This document shows positions 10,404 through 21,473 of a stretch of DNA of 64,000 nt, one piece after another. This DNA comes from Alphaproteobacteria bacterium (GTDB lineage: Bacteria > Pseudomonadota > Alphaproteobacteria > CALKHQ01). Position numbers and translations under genes: made by a program. The notes below the pieces were generated by a model, which did no database searches, had not been told where the DNA came from, and saw only the letters and a list, made by a program, of their open reading frames with translations. Where the stretch lies: contig CBDDFZ010000001.1 in assembly GCA_965227515.1 (NCBI GenBank), forward strand, positions 32,001 through 96,000, read 5' to 3'. The number at the start of each line of letters is the position of its first letter. The stretch's first letter is position 1.

Positions 10404-11276
10404 ATGCCCCCTGAAACCATGACCGCGGCCGGCGAGGCATCCCATCGCGCCGAGTCCGTGACGAAGGCGGTCGGCGGGTGGCGTGCGCCGGTGCCGCCCA
10501 CGGCCTGGCAGGCCTGGTGGGCGATCTATGCCCGCGAGATGAAGCGGATGAAGAGTGCTACGGGGTTCATCCTGCTGCCGCGTGCGCTGACCACCCTGCT
10601 GCTGATCGCCGTGTTCGAGCTTGCCGCACCCGGCGGGCTGGCCGGCAGCACCCAGGCCCTGCCGGACGGCATCGGGCTCGGCAGCTACCTCGCGCCGGGA
10701 CTGGCGGCACTGGGCCTGATGACGGCGTCGTTCGAGATGACCGCGTTCATGCTGCTGCACGCCAAGCTGGAAGGCTATATCGAGGCCGACCTGATGGCGC
10801 CCTTGGGGGCGCTGCCCCGGGTCGCCGCCTATTCCATGGCCGGCATCACCGCCGGCCTTGTGACCGCCGTCCTGATCGTCGCACTGACCGTGTTGCTGGT
10901 CGACGTGCCGTTCGCCGACCCTGGCATCGCGATCGCGTTCACCGTCGGCGGCGCCTGGGCATTGGCCATGTGCGGCGTGATTGCCGGCCTGTGGTCGACC
11001 AAATGGGATTCGCTGTCCGCCATCTCTACCTTCGTCGTCATGCCGCTGATGTTCCTGTCCGGCACATTCGCGCCGGTGGACGGGCTGGCAGAGCCGCTGG
11101 CCAGCATCCTGGCGGCCTCGCCGACCCACTTCGTCGTCGACGGCGTGCGCGCCGGACTGGCCGGAGTCGCGGCGACCGACCTGGTTGTCGGCGGCCTGGT
11201 GGTGCTGGGATTGTCGCTGCTGGCGACGGTGGCGGCGCAGCGATTGGTGGCGACCGGATACCGAACCCAGTCTTGA
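10404..11276 (+). CDS. ABC-2 type transporter permease (second, divergent paralog)
   Basis: APGL, PLMFLSGTFAP, PTHFVVDGVRAG. Confidence 0.85.
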   Translation: MPPETMTAAGEASHRAESVTKAVGGWRAPVPPTAWQAWWAIYAREMKRMKSATGFILLPRALTTLLLIAVFELAAPGGLAGSTQALPDGIGLGSYLAPGLAALGLMTASFEMTAFMLLHAKLEGYIEADLMAPLGALPRVAAYSMAGITAGLVTAVLIVALTVLLVDVPFADPGIAIAFTVGGAWALAMCGVIAGLWSTKWDSLSAISTFVVMPLMFLSGTFAPVDGLAEPLASILAASPTHFVVDGVRAGLAGVAATDLVVGGLVVLGLSLLATVAAQRLVATGYRTQS

Positions 11277-11330
11277 ATGCGCACAAGGGCCTGATGCGAG
11301 CCGGGGCCTGAATGCGAACAAGGGCCTGAT
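11274..11330 (+). repeat. 22-bp imperfect direct repeat TGAATGCG(C/A)ACAAGGGCCTGAT, two copies
   Basis: Copies at 11274-11295 and 11309-11330 with one mismatch. Confidence 0.7.
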
Positions 11331-11470
11331 CGCACCAAGCGGTTGGGCCATTGGTCCAGTCAACGGTCTTTTTACATCAAAGCAGTATGGTTGATGGCGT
11401 GAGTGCGAAATCCCGCCTTCGGGTGACGCCTCCGCATGACCGGTGCCCGTGCACCCACCGACGGATCGCA

Positions 11471-13984
11471 ATGTCAGCGAATGTTGCCAAACTGGAGCGA
11501 CCTGCCACGCAAATAGCGGCTGAAGTGCCGGCGCTCGGCTTGTGGCTGGACGCGCTGCCCAGGGCCGCGGCATGTCGCTGTGACGGCCAGGTGTTCGTCA
11601 ACGACCTGATGGAGGAGCTGACCGGCTATGACCGCGAGGCCCTGACCGGGGCCGAGACGTGGTCCGCGATGGCGTTGCCGGCCGGCTTCAATCTCGCCGA
11701 CATCCGCGCCCCCACCGATGCCGCGCTGGCCGCGGCCGAGTCGTCCGTCGTGCCGCTTCTGAAACGCGACGGCGACCGCTGCATGGTGGAGATCGTGCGG
11801 CGCGTGCAGGGCCCCTACGAAATCTGGCTGTTTACCGACCTGACCGAGGACGTGCGCGTCGGCCTGGTCAACCTGCCGCCTGACGCCACCGATACAACGG
11901 ACAACGACACCGCCCAGTCCGCCGAAAGTGCGCGGATCCACCTGGCCGAGCGCCGGCTGCGCGACGCGGTGGAGTCGGTCAACGCCGGCTTCGTGCTGTG
12001 GAATGCCGATGGGCGCATGGAGCTGTGCAACAACGAATTCGCCACCCTGAGCCCGACCGTGCAACGCACCATTGCCCCCGGCATCACCCTGCGCACATTG
12101 CTGCAGGCGGCGGCCAAGGCGGGCGAGCTGGCCATCGACACCAACTTCGATGCCTGGTGGGCAAGCTACGAGAACATGGTGGCGCAGGCCGATGTGTCGG
12201 TCTCCGAGATGCAGCTCGGCGACCGCTGGCTGCTGGTGTCCGAGCGCCCGACGTCCGACGGCGGCCGGGTCAGCGTCTACACCGACATCTCGATCCTGAA
12301 GCGCAAGGAAGAGTTGCTGCGGTCCAACGAGGACACGCTGAACGTCACCATCCAGGATCTTGAGAAGTCGCGCCTGCGGATCGAGGAGCAGTCGCAGCGG
12401 CTGGCCGAGATCGCGGAGATGTACCAGGCCGAGCACGAGAAGGCGAACCTGGCCAACGAGGCGAAGTCGCAGTTCCTGGCGGTGATGAGCCACGAGCTGC
12501 GCACGCCGATGACCGGCGTGATGGGCGTGATCGACCTGCTGGAGCGCACCCAGCTGACCAGCACGCAGGCGCGCTACATCGTGACCCTGCGCGCCTCGGC
12601 CGACGCCCTGCTCTCCCTGCTGAACGATATTCTCGATTTTTCCAAGATCGAGGCCGGGCGGATGACGATCGAGGAAATCTCGTTCGACGTGAACGAGGTT
12701 TGCACCAACGTCGAGCAGTTGTTCCGCGAGAAGGCTTCTTCGCGCGAGAACATGCTGACCCTGAAGGTCGACGACGATGTCCCGGCCAACGTCATCGGCG
12801 ATCCGGCCCGCCTGCGCCAGGTCTTGTCGAACCTTGTCGGCAATGCCGTGAAGTTCACAGAGCACGGCACGGTGACGCTGCAAGTCAGCATGGCCGACAG
12901 CCAGCCCAACAATGGTGCCGCCCTGCTGTTCTGCGTCGACGATACCGGCATCGGCCTGACCGACGAGCAATGCAGCCGCTTGTTCCGCGCCTTCGAGCAG
13001 GCCGACCCGACCACCACGCGCAAGTTCGGAGGCACCGGGCTGGGCCTGGCCATCTGCCGCCGGCTGGTCGAGCTGATGGGTGGCGAGATCGGCGTTGAAA
13101 GCGAACCCGGCCGTGGTTCGCGGTTCTGGTTCACCGTGCCGGTGCAACTGTGCGAGGCGGCAAGCCCGCAGCCCCGCGAGCCAGAGGCCCCGTCGGAACC
13201 GAGCCCCAACGCCACCAAGGTCTTGCTGGCCGAGGACAATGCCGTCAACCGCATGCTGATCATCTCGATGCTGAACGAGTTCGGCTACGAGGTGGACGCG
13301 GTGGAGGACGGCGATGCCGCCGTGAGCATGATGCGCGAACGGCCGGACTTCGACATTGTGCTGATGGACATGCAGATGCCCAACATGGACGGCAAGACCG
13401 CGGCGGAAGAGATTCGCAAACTGCCGGCGCCGGCCTGCAACATCCCGATCGTGGCGTTGACCGCCAACGTATCGCCGACGCATCGGGATGCCTATTTGCG
13501 GGCGGGCCTGGACGGATTTCTGGCCAAGCCCATCGAGTGGGATCAGCTCGATGCGACCGTGCGGCAACTGGTCGACAAAGCGTCTGGCGACGATGCCGCA
13601 CCGCAGCCGGAGACAAGCTCGGTGGCCAGCCTGGTCGCGGAGTTCGACAGCCTGCCCCTGATCAACCACGAGACCATCGGCCATATCGCCGACATGGTGG
13701 GCGAGGCGTCGCTGAGCAGCATGATCACGATGATGGTCGCGTCGGTCCGCGGCGAACTGGAAAAGGCGCAAACCGCCCTGGACGCCGGCGACCTGGACAG
13801 CGTCTCGGCGGTCGCCCACAGCCTGAAGGGCGTGGCCGCCAATTTCGGCGCCGAGCGCCTGGCGGCGGTGGCCAGCCAGCTACAGCACCACCAGGATCAT
13901 GCCGCCAGCCCGGCGGACCTGATCGCGGCACTCTGCCAGGTGATCGAGGCCACCGACCAGGCCTTCGTCGCCCGCCTGGACTGA
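11471..13984 (+). CDS. Cytoplasmic hybrid sensor histidine kinase (PAS-like, HisKA, HATPase, REC, Hpt)
   Basis: MSHELRTP, NLVGNAVKFT, DTGIG, GGTGLGL, LMDMQMP, AHSLKG. Confidence 0.92.
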   Translation: MSANVAKLERPATQIAAEVPALGLWLDALPRAAACRCDGQVFVNDLMEELTGYDREALTGAETWSAMALPAGFNLADIRAPTDAALAAAESSVVPLLKRDGDRCMVEIVRRVQGPYEIWLFTDLTEDVRVGLVNLPPDATDTTDNDTAQSAESARIHLAERRLRDAVESVNAGFVLWNADGRMELCNNEFATLSPTVQRTIAPGITLRTLLQAAAKAGELAIDTNFDAWWASYENMVAQADVSVSEMQLGDRWLLVSERPTSDGGRVSVYTDISILKRKEELLRSNEDTLNVTIQDLEKSRLRIEEQSQRLAEIAEMYQAEHEKANLANEAKSQFLAVMSHELRTPMTGVMGVIDLLERTQLTSTQARYIVTLRASADALLSLLNDILDFSKIEAGRMTIEEISFDVNEVCTNVEQLFREKASSRENMLTLKVDDDVPANVIGDPARLRQVLSNLVGNAVKFTEHGTVTLQVSMADSQPNNGAALLFCVDDTGIGLTDEQCSRLFRAFEQADPTTTRKFGGTGLGLAICRRLVELMGGEIGVESEPGRGSRFWFTVPVQLCEAASPQPREPEAPSEPSPNATKVLLAEDNAVNRMLIISMLNEFGYEVDAVEDGDAAVSMMRERPDFDIVLMDMQMPNMDGKTAAEEIRKLPAPACNIPIVALTANVSPTHRDAYLRAGLDGFLAKPIEWDQLDATVRQLVDKASGDDAAPQPETSSVASLVAEFDSLPLINHETIGHIADMVGEASLSSMITMMVASVRGELEKAQTALDAGDLDSVSAVAHSLKGVAANFGAERLAAVASQLQHHQDHAASPADLIAALCQVIEATDQAFVARLD

Positions 13985-13995
13985 GCGCATAATGC

Positions 13996-14337
13996 CGTAG
14001 CCCTCGCCCTTGTGGCTACGACATCCACACATCTTGTCCGAGGTCGCTCGGTCTTCACAACAAACACCTCGTCGCCCTCGCCCTCCGTGGCGAGGGCCCA
14101 TGTCTGCAACCGCGCGGTAGGTGTGCGAATGTCTCGAGAGATGATCCAGGCCATCAACTCCAGATTCGCCACCTTGTGCCCGCCGAACCCCTAAATTATT
14201 GGCGTATTGGACAAAAATGGGTCCTCGCCACCCCAGAAGCTTGATGGGCGGCGAGGACGACAAAATTTCTTTTTGCGGGGGTCGAGCGACTCCCTGCAAA
14301 ATGTGCGAATTCAGCAGCAACAAGGGCGAGGACGACG
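13996..14337. repeat. Cluster of family B REP units (CGTCGCCCTCGCCCTTGTGGCGAGGGCCCAT-like)
   Basis: Units at 13996-14020 (degenerate), 14070-14101, 14217-14261 (inverted, expanded loop) and 14320-14337 (partial). Confidence 0.75.
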
Positions 14338-14375
14338 GCGAAAAAATGCTGCCGGCTACGCGGTAGCACCCGCCC

Positions 14376-15410
14376 CTAAGCCATTTCGATCTGGACCTTG
14401 ACCGAGTTCGCCGGCGCGCCGCGGGCGTAGTCGAACGCCTCGATGCTTTCCTTGAACCCATAGGTGTCGGTGATCAGGGGCGACACGTCGATCTGGCCGC
14501 TGCCCAGCATGGCCACCACCCGCGGCCAGATGTGGGCGTAGCGGAAGACGTGGTCGACCGTGACCTCCTTGATCGCGGCACCGACAACGTCATAGGCGAT
14601 CGGCTGCCCCGGCATGCCGATATAGACGATCTGGCCGCCCGGGCAGGCGAGCTCGGGCGCTTGCGCCGCGGCGGCCTCGTTGCCCGATGCCTCGAACACG
14701 ATGTCAGCACCCCAGTCGTCGGTCTCGCGCGCCACGACATCGGCCAGCTTCTCCGACTTGACGTTGACCGGCAGCACCGGGCCCATGCGTGCCGCAATCT
14801 CCAGCTTGGCTTCCGAAACGTCGGAGACGATGACCTTGCTGCACCCGCCGCCGAGCGCCGCCAGCACCGTCACCAGCCCGATGGTGCCGGCCCCGGTGAC
14901 GACGGCGACCTGGCCCGGCTGGATCTTCGCCTTGGTGGCGGCGTAGACGCCGGTCGCCAGCGGCTCCACCATCGCGCCGGCGGCGTACGACACGTTGTCG
15001 GGCAGCTTGTAGGTGAAGTCGGCCGGGTGCACGACGGTCGGCCGCAGCACGCCATGCACCGGCGGCGTCGCCCAGAACCGCACGGCCGGGTCCAGATTGT
15101 ACATGCCGAGCCGCGACGCCTTGCTGTTGGGGTCGGGAATGCCCGGCTCCATGCACACGCGATCGCCTTCCTTCAGGTGGGTGACGTCGCGGCCGACCTC
15201 AACCACCTCGCCCGAGGCCTCGTGCCCCAGGATCATCGGCTCGCGCACGACAAAGGGGCCGATGGCGCCATGGGCGTAGTAGTGCACGTCGCTGCCGCAC
15301 ACCCCCACACGCCGCAAGGCAATCCGTACGTCGCGCGGCCCGAGCTCGCCGTCCACCGCGATGTCGCGCAGCGACAACTCGTCCTTGCGCTCCAGCACCA
15401 GCGCTTCCAT
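14376..15410 (-). CDS. Zn-dependent polyol (xylitol/sorbitol) dehydrogenase
   Basis: [28 protein letters not shown]. Confidence 0.9.
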   Translation of the reverse strand: MEALVLERKDELSLRDIAVDGELGPRDVRIALRRVGVCGSDVHYYAHGAIGPFVVREPMILGHEASGEVVEVGRDVTHLKEGDRVCMEPGIPDPNSKASRLGMYNLDPAVRFWATPPVHGVLRPTVVHPADFTYKLPDNVSYAAGAMVEPLATGVYAATKAKIQPGQVAVVTGAGTIGLVTVLAALGGGCSKVIVSDVSEAKLEIAARMGPVLPVNVKSEKLADVVARETDDWGADIVFEASGNEAAAAQAPELACPGGQIVYIGMPGQPIAYDVVGAAIKEVTVDHVFRYAHIWPRVVAMLGSGQIDVSPLITDTYGFKESIEAFDYARGAPANSVKVQIEMA

Positions 15411-15660
15411 CGATGTTTCCTCCCGATACCCGCAAGTCTTGTTCGGCTCATACTATACCGGGTCGGAAGACCGGCCGGAAAGTGCCGCCGTCGCCACCCG
15501 CCTGGCACGGCCGATGCATCACGGGTTTTCTCAACCGGACGTCACCTGCCGCCGACACGGCACGCGATTGTGAAGTCATACGCCATGGCCAAGGCGCGGG
15601 CTGGGCCACACAATCCGACTTCCAGGCATGTACGGGCGGGCGGTCATGATGGAGGAAAGC

Positions 15661-16470
15661 ATGCGCAAGCGAGATCGCCGGGAAAGCCGGTGGCTGGGTG
15701 CCGTCGCGGCGGCGGTGGCCATCGTCGCCCTGCCGGCCATGGCAGCGGCCAAATGCCTGCCGATTGCCCAGGGACCGGAGTACGGGCCGCTGCGGCCGAT
15801 CCCGGTTGCGGCGCCCGCCGAAGGATCGGTCCGCATCACTTTCATGGGCCATTCCAGCTTCCTGATCGAGACCGCGGGCGGCGCCAGCGCGGTGACCGAC
15901 TATTACGGCTTCGCCCTGCCGGTCACGCCCGACGTCGCGACCATGAACAACGCGCATTCCAGCCACTACACCAACTTCCCCAACCCGGATATCGGCCTGG
16001 TCTTGCGCGGCTGGGCGCAGGACAACCAGTCCATCGCCTCCTATGACGAGCAGGTCGAGGACTTGCGGGTCTGGAACGTGCCGACAAATGTGCGCGACAC
16101 TGGCGGCACCCGCTTCAACGGCAATTCGATCTTCGTGTTCGAGGCCGCGGGGCTGTGCATCGCCCATCTGGGCCACCTACACCACGACCTGACCGACCAG
16201 CACCTGTCCGACCTGGGGGTCATCGACGTGCTGCTGGCGCCCGCCGACGGGGCCTACACCCTGTCGCACGACCTGCTGATCACGGTGATCGGCCAGATCA
16301 GGCCGAAGGTGATCATCCCGATGCACTATTTCGGCACCTACTCGCTGACGCGCTTCCTGACCAAGGTCGAGGAGGCCGGCTTCACCATCGACATCCGCGA
16401 CGAGGCCGCGCTGACGATCTCGCGGCTCAACATGCCCTTCGACACGCTGATCGTGCTCGGCGACGGATAG
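15661..16470 (+). CDS. Exported MBL-fold metallo-hydrolase-like protein
   Basis: GHSSFLI, HSSH, AHLGHLHH, IPMHY; signal peptide; GGAGG RBS. Confidence 0.8.
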   Translation: MRKRDRRESRWLGAVAAAVAIVALPAMAAAKCLPIAQGPEYGPLRPIPVAAPAEGSVRITFMGHSSFLIETAGGASAVTDYYGFALPVTPDVATMNNAHSSHYTNFPNPDIGLVLRGWAQDNQSIASYDEQVEDLRVWNVPTNVRDTGGTRFNGNSIFVFEAAGLCIAHLGHLHHDLTDQHLSDLGVIDVLLAPADGAYTLSHDLLITVIGQIRPKVIIPMHYFGTYSLTRFLTKVEEAGFTIDIRDEAALTISRLNMPFDTLIVLGDG

Positions 16471-16605
16471 GGCAGGCGGCCCGCACACGGCGCCGGCCAC
16501 TTGATGCCGGCGCCACCTCCCCGTAGAGTCCAGCCGACCGTGGCGGGATGAAGGGCACCGCAAGCGTGCCGTCCTGCCGGATTGTCATACGGGAGGAGAA
16601 ATCTC

Positions 16606-17577
16606 ATGAAATCGCTGTTGATTGGCGGTGCCGTTGTCGTGGGCGCCATTGGCGTCACCACAGGCGCGAGTGCCCAGGATCGCGTCTATGGCGTGCTGAT
16701 GAAGACCCTGTCGAACCCGTTCTGGGGCGCGATGGAGGAAGGCGTGCGCGAGGGCGCGGAAGCGGCCGGCGTCGAATACTTCCTGCAGGCGGTCGAGTCC
16801 GACCAGGCGGCCGAGCCGCAGCTCAATGTCTGCATGACCATGCTTGAGCGCTCGCCCGACGTGATGATCACCGCGGCGATCAACTCCAACAACCTGCTGC
16901 CCTGCCTGGCCGAAGCCACCAACCGCGGCATTCCGGTGGTCGACTTGGACGCGAACCTGGATTGGGACATCGCGGGCGACGCCGGCGTCGACATCGCCTT
17001 CACCATCGGCTCCGACAACGAGGCGGCCGGCGCACAGGGCGCCGACTACGTGGTCGAGCAGTTGGGCGCCGATGCCACCGGCCCGGTGCTGGTGATCGAG
17101 GGCCTGGCCGGAAACATCACCGGCGAGCGCCGCGCGCGCGGGTTCGCCGAGCGCCTGGCCGAGTTGGCGCCCGGCCTGGAGATCGTCGCCTCGCTGCCCG
17201 GCGACTGGGACCGTGGCAAGGCCGCCAACATCACCAACGACACCCTGCTGCGCGAGCCCGACCTGGTCGCGATCTTCTGCGCCAATGACGGCATGGCGCT
17301 GGGCGCGGTGGAAGCCGCCTATGCCGCCGGCAAGGGCGAGGACATCCTGATCGTCGGCGTCGACGGCAACAGCGACGCGGTCGTGTCCATCAACGAAGGC
17401 CGCCTGAACGCCTCGGTGGCGCAGCTTCCCTATCTGGTTGGCAAGCTGGCGGTCGAGCGCGTGACGGAAGTGCTGGACGGCGCCGAAGTCGAGGACTTCC
17501 AGTACGTGCCGACCATGGTGCTGACCCAGGAGATCCTGGAAGCCGGCGAGCACGAACTGCTGCAGTACGTGCGCTGA
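16606..17577 (+). CDS. Sugar ABC transporter substrate-binding protein (RbsB/AlsB-like)
   Basis: KTLSNPFW, GSDN, ANDGMALGA, VGVDG. Confidence 0.9.
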   Translation: MKSLLIGGAVVVGAIGVTTGASAQDRVYGVLMKTLSNPFWGAMEEGVREGAEAAGVEYFLQAVESDQAAEPQLNVCMTMLERSPDVMITAAINSNNLLPCLAEATNRGIPVVDLDANLDWDIAGDAGVDIAFTIGSDNEAAGAQGADYVVEQLGADATGPVLVIEGLAGNITGERRARGFAERLAELAPGLEIVASLPGDWDRGKAANITNDTLLREPDLVAIFCANDGMALGAVEAAYAAGKGEDILIVGVDGNSDAVVSINEGRLNASVAQLPYLVGKLAVERVTEVLDGAEVEDFQYVPTMVLTQEILEAGEHELLQYVR

Positions 17578-17599
17578 CCTATCGACGCATCCGACGGAG

Positions 17600-17622
17600 G
17601 GGCCGGGGCGCCGCCCCGGCCC
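17600..17622 (+). terminator. GC-rich intercistronic hairpin after the binding-protein gene
   Basis: GGGCCGGGGC-gcc-GCCCCGGCCC 10-bp stem with no long U tail; probably an mRNA stabiliser or attenuator. Confidence 0.5.
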
Positions 17623-17661
17623 TTGCCGTGAATGCGTATTGGATAAGCCAGGACACCCGAC

Positions 17662-18689
17662 ATGACCGCCGCCATTGAAACCCCGGAACGCCGCCGGTCG
17701 CTGGCCAGCCGGTTCAGTTTCCGGCTGGAATCGCTGGCGGTCCTGATCCTGCTGGCGGTGATCATGTCGGTGCTGACCGAGACCCTGGTCGGCGTCACCT
17801 ACCTGTCGTTCAACAACCTGATGAACATCCTGGTCGCCACCGCCACCATCGGCGTGCTGGCGATCGGCGCCACCTTCGTCATCGGCTCGGCCGGGCTCGA
17901 CCTGTCGCTCGGCTCGGTGCTGGGGCTGTCCGGCGTGGTCGGCGCCTTCCTGGTCGTGCGCGCGGGCCTCGGCGAGCTGCCGGGCGGCCTGCTCACCATC
18001 ATCGGCATCCTCGGCTGCCTGGCCGCCGGCGCCACCGCCGGGGCGGTCAACGGCCTGCTGGTCACCACCGCCAAGATCCCCGCCTTCATCGTGACCCTGG
18101 GCATGCTGGGCATCGCCCGCGGCGTCGCACTGATCATTTCCAACGGCCAGTCGATCTACGGCCTGCCCGAGGCGCTGCGCTATGTCGGCCAGGGCTGGCT
18201 GTTCCGCAGCGACGATTTTACCGGCATCCCGATGCCGGCGATCATCTTCGTGGCGCTGTGCTTCGTGATGCACTTCGTGCTCGGCTACACCCGCTTCGGC
18301 AAGTACACGCTGGTGATCGGCGACAACGAGACCGCGGCGCGCGCCATGGGCGTGCGGGTCGAGCGGCACCGCTTCCTGCTCTACGTGCTGTCCGGCGCCA
18401 TGGCCGGCGTCGCCGGGCTATTGTTCATGGCGCGGGTCAATGCCGGCGACCCGACCGCCGGGCTGACCTACGAGCTGTCGGCGATCACCGCCGCCATCAT
18501 CGGCGGCACCAACCTGTTCGGCGGACGGGCGAGCATTCTCGGCACCCTGATCGGCGCCCTGATCATGGGCGGCCTGCAGAACGGGCTCAACCTGCTGGCG
18601 GTGCAGTCGTTCTACCAGCAGGTCGCCATCGGGGTGGTGCTGATCTTCGCGGTCTGGCTGGACCGCCTGAACGCACGGCGGATGGACAA

Positions 18690-18693
<4 letters not shown>
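17662..18693 (+). CDS. Sugar ABC transporter permease (RbsC-like)
   Basis: LDLSLGS, IPAFIVTLG, TRFGK..GDN..AA..MG, YELSAITAAIIGG. Confidence 0.92.
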
Positions 18694-19430
<737 letters not shown>

Positions 19431-19449
19431 GTTATTCTGGATTGCCGCT

Positions 19450-20430
19450 TCAGAGCGGCTGCCAGGCCAGCACCGAATAGGCCTCGTGATGCACGCCGCT
19501 GAAGGCTGTGCGGCGCAGCTCCAAAATCTTTGCCTGGCCCTGCTCCGCCAGGCGCTGAACCGCCGGCAGATAGCCGTGCAGATAGCCCCGCTTGCGATGA
19601 TAGCGGATCATGCGCGCATCCGCCGGGTCGCCGGCATCGTAGAGTTCCAGCAGCGGCTCGATATGCAGGCACATGCGCGGGCGGGCGGCCATGATGAAGT
19701 CGAGACACGCCTGCCAGTTGCCCGAAAGCTGTTCCATGGCATGGACCGTCAGCACGGTGTCGTCGCCGCCGATTGACAGGTCGTCCGCCCCCTCCATCGT
19801 CAGCATGTTGAGCCGCTTGCCTTCGATGCGGCCGGGGAATTGCCGTTCCATCGCCGACAGAATCCGCTGCGAGGCGCCTGCCCAATCGCACCCGACAAGC
19901 CGCATCTGCGCAAAGCTGCCGGCGAGCAGCAGGATGTTCAGGCCGGTACCGCAGCCAAGCTCCACCACCGATGGCACGTCGGCCAAATAGTGATTGAGCA
20001 AGATCCGGCGCACCGCGATGCTCAGGCGGTACTCCACCCGGGGCTCGACTGCTTCGACGTAACGGCCATTCAGGCGAAAGTGGCGCTCGTCCCGGAAATA
20101 TTGCGGACGCAGCGCATCCACCGTGACCGGCCCTTGGCCGACGCGCTCGGCGACCTCGCCCCAGCCGCGTTCCCAGATGTCGGACGCCTCGCCGCCGACG
20201 GACCGGAAATCGGTCGTTTCGATGAATGCGTCCAGCTCATCCGCCAGCCGGTGTTCTTCATCGCCACCGAGGATCCGGTAGGCCAGGCCATCGATATCGA
20301 GGTCGAGCTTCCCCACCGTGGCGCGGGGCACGCCCGTGATCGTCGCAAGCAACGCCTCAGAGACGGCAAGACTATTTTCCAAGGCAGCCCCCTTCAATAT
20401 CGGTACGATGTCGCCTTGACCCATGGACAT
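19450..20430 (-). CDS. Class I SAM-dependent methyltransferase
   Basis: VVELGCGTG motif I; start uncertain (20424 or 20430). Confidence 0.75.
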   Translation of the reverse strand: MSMGQGDIVPILKGAALENSLAVSEALLATITGVPRATVGKLDLDIDGLAYRILGGDEEHRLADELDAFIETTDFRSVGGEASDIWERGWGEVAERVGQGPVTVDALRPQYFRDERHFRLNGRYVEAVEPRVEYRLSIAVRRILLNHYLADVPSVVELGCGTGLNILLLAGSFAQMRLVGCDWAGASQRILSAMERQFPGRIEGKRLNMLTMEGADDLSIGGDDTVLTVHAMEQLSGNWQACLDFIMAARPRMCLHIEPLLELYDAGDPADARMIRYHRKRGYLHGYLPAVQRLAEQGQAKILELRRTAFSGVHHEAYSVLAWQPL

Positions 20431-20461
20431 ACGCCCCGGTTTTGGTGATACGAGGTATGGC

Positions 20462-21442
20462 ATGGATTTCAGGATGACCGAACCCCCGCAAGATTTCGTC
20501 ACCGAGCGCATCGACCGCCTCAACCGGCTGGTCGGGCAGACGAGCCTGGAAACGGCAGATCTGGCGTTCGACTTTCCCTTGCTCAAGGTGATCCGGCTGC
20601 CGGCGAGCACGATACGGCTGCTGCAGGACGCGGCGCGGCTTTATGTCTGGGAGAATCTGGCCGCGTGGTTCGGCGACGACGCCGTCGAATACGGCCCGAA
20701 TATCCTGGAAGACAATATCGACAAGATCTCGTCGCTGCCAAACCGCACGCCCAACGGGCTGATCCTGCCCCGGCGCCCGGCCATGACCAGTTTCAACATG
20801 CTGCACCGCGTGCTGGTCCAGGCATTCCGGCGATTGGGGCTGACGCGGCAATTCCATGCGATCCAGCTGCCGGTCAACGTGCGCGTCGTCGTGGGCGCCG
20901 ATCCGGACGCGGTCGGTAAGCGGCCATTCGCGTCGAGCAAGATCCACTCGGATTCCTGGAACAAGGAACCCATGAGCGCCGTACTGTTCAACCTGCCGCT
21001 GCTGGGCGACCCGGCCAAGATCGCGATCCGCTATTTCGCGCTCCGCCATCCGCATCCCGAGATGTTCGCGCCGGTCGACGACTATGACGTCATGCAGATC
21101 GCGGAAGAGAACCTGATCCACTACGACGCGCCGTTCGCGCATGGGCATCTGTATCTGTCGGACCAGGCATCGTTGCACCAGACGGTGAGAGCCGACGAAA
21201 GCCAGGTACGTCTTTCGCTCGACTTCCGCGCCGTCATGCACGAGATATTGCCGTACGAGAGCTACGACGTCTCCCAATCCTGCGCCCATTACGGCCGCGC
21301 CGAGACCTGGGACGGCCTTGGCGAGAAGGCCCTTCTCGCATCCGATTTTCCGCTCGACGCGTTTCAACGGAAATTGCAGCACGCGCCGCTGGCGGATGCC
21401 CATGCGGACTTGATCAATATCGATACGATGGTGCCGTCGTAG
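20462..21442 (+). CDS. Hypothetical protein, putative Fe(II)/2OG oxygenase-like
   Basis: IHSDSW (HxD) ... LHQT ... RLSLDFR, same layout as the 23.5-kb oxygenase. Confidence 0.55.
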   Translation: MDFRMTEPPQDFVTERIDRLNRLVGQTSLETADLAFDFPLLKVIRLPASTIRLLQDAARLYVWENLAAWFGDDAVEYGPNILEDNIDKISSLPNRTPNGLILPRRPAMTSFNMLHRVLVQAFRRLGLTRQFHAIQLPVNVRVVVGADPDAVGKRPFASSKIHSDSWNKEPMSAVLFNLPLLGDPAKIAIRYFALRHPHPEMFAPVDDYDVMQIAEENLIHYDAPFAHGHLYLSDQASLHQTVRADESQVRLSLDFRAVMHEILPYESYDVSQSCAHYGRAETWDGLGEKALLASDFPLDAFQRKLQHAPLADAHADLINIDTMVPS

Positions 21443-21473
21443 GCCCGCCGGCCAACCCAATGAGGCGGAGCCT

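Noticed and set aside
9536-10501. 514-aa ORF suggesting a long N-terminal extension on RecX
   Set aside because: The extension is antisense to the ABC-2 permease; only the last ~192 aa look like RecX.
11274-11330. Possible mini CRISPR array
   Set aside because: Only two units with a 13-bp gap, and no cas genes in the window.
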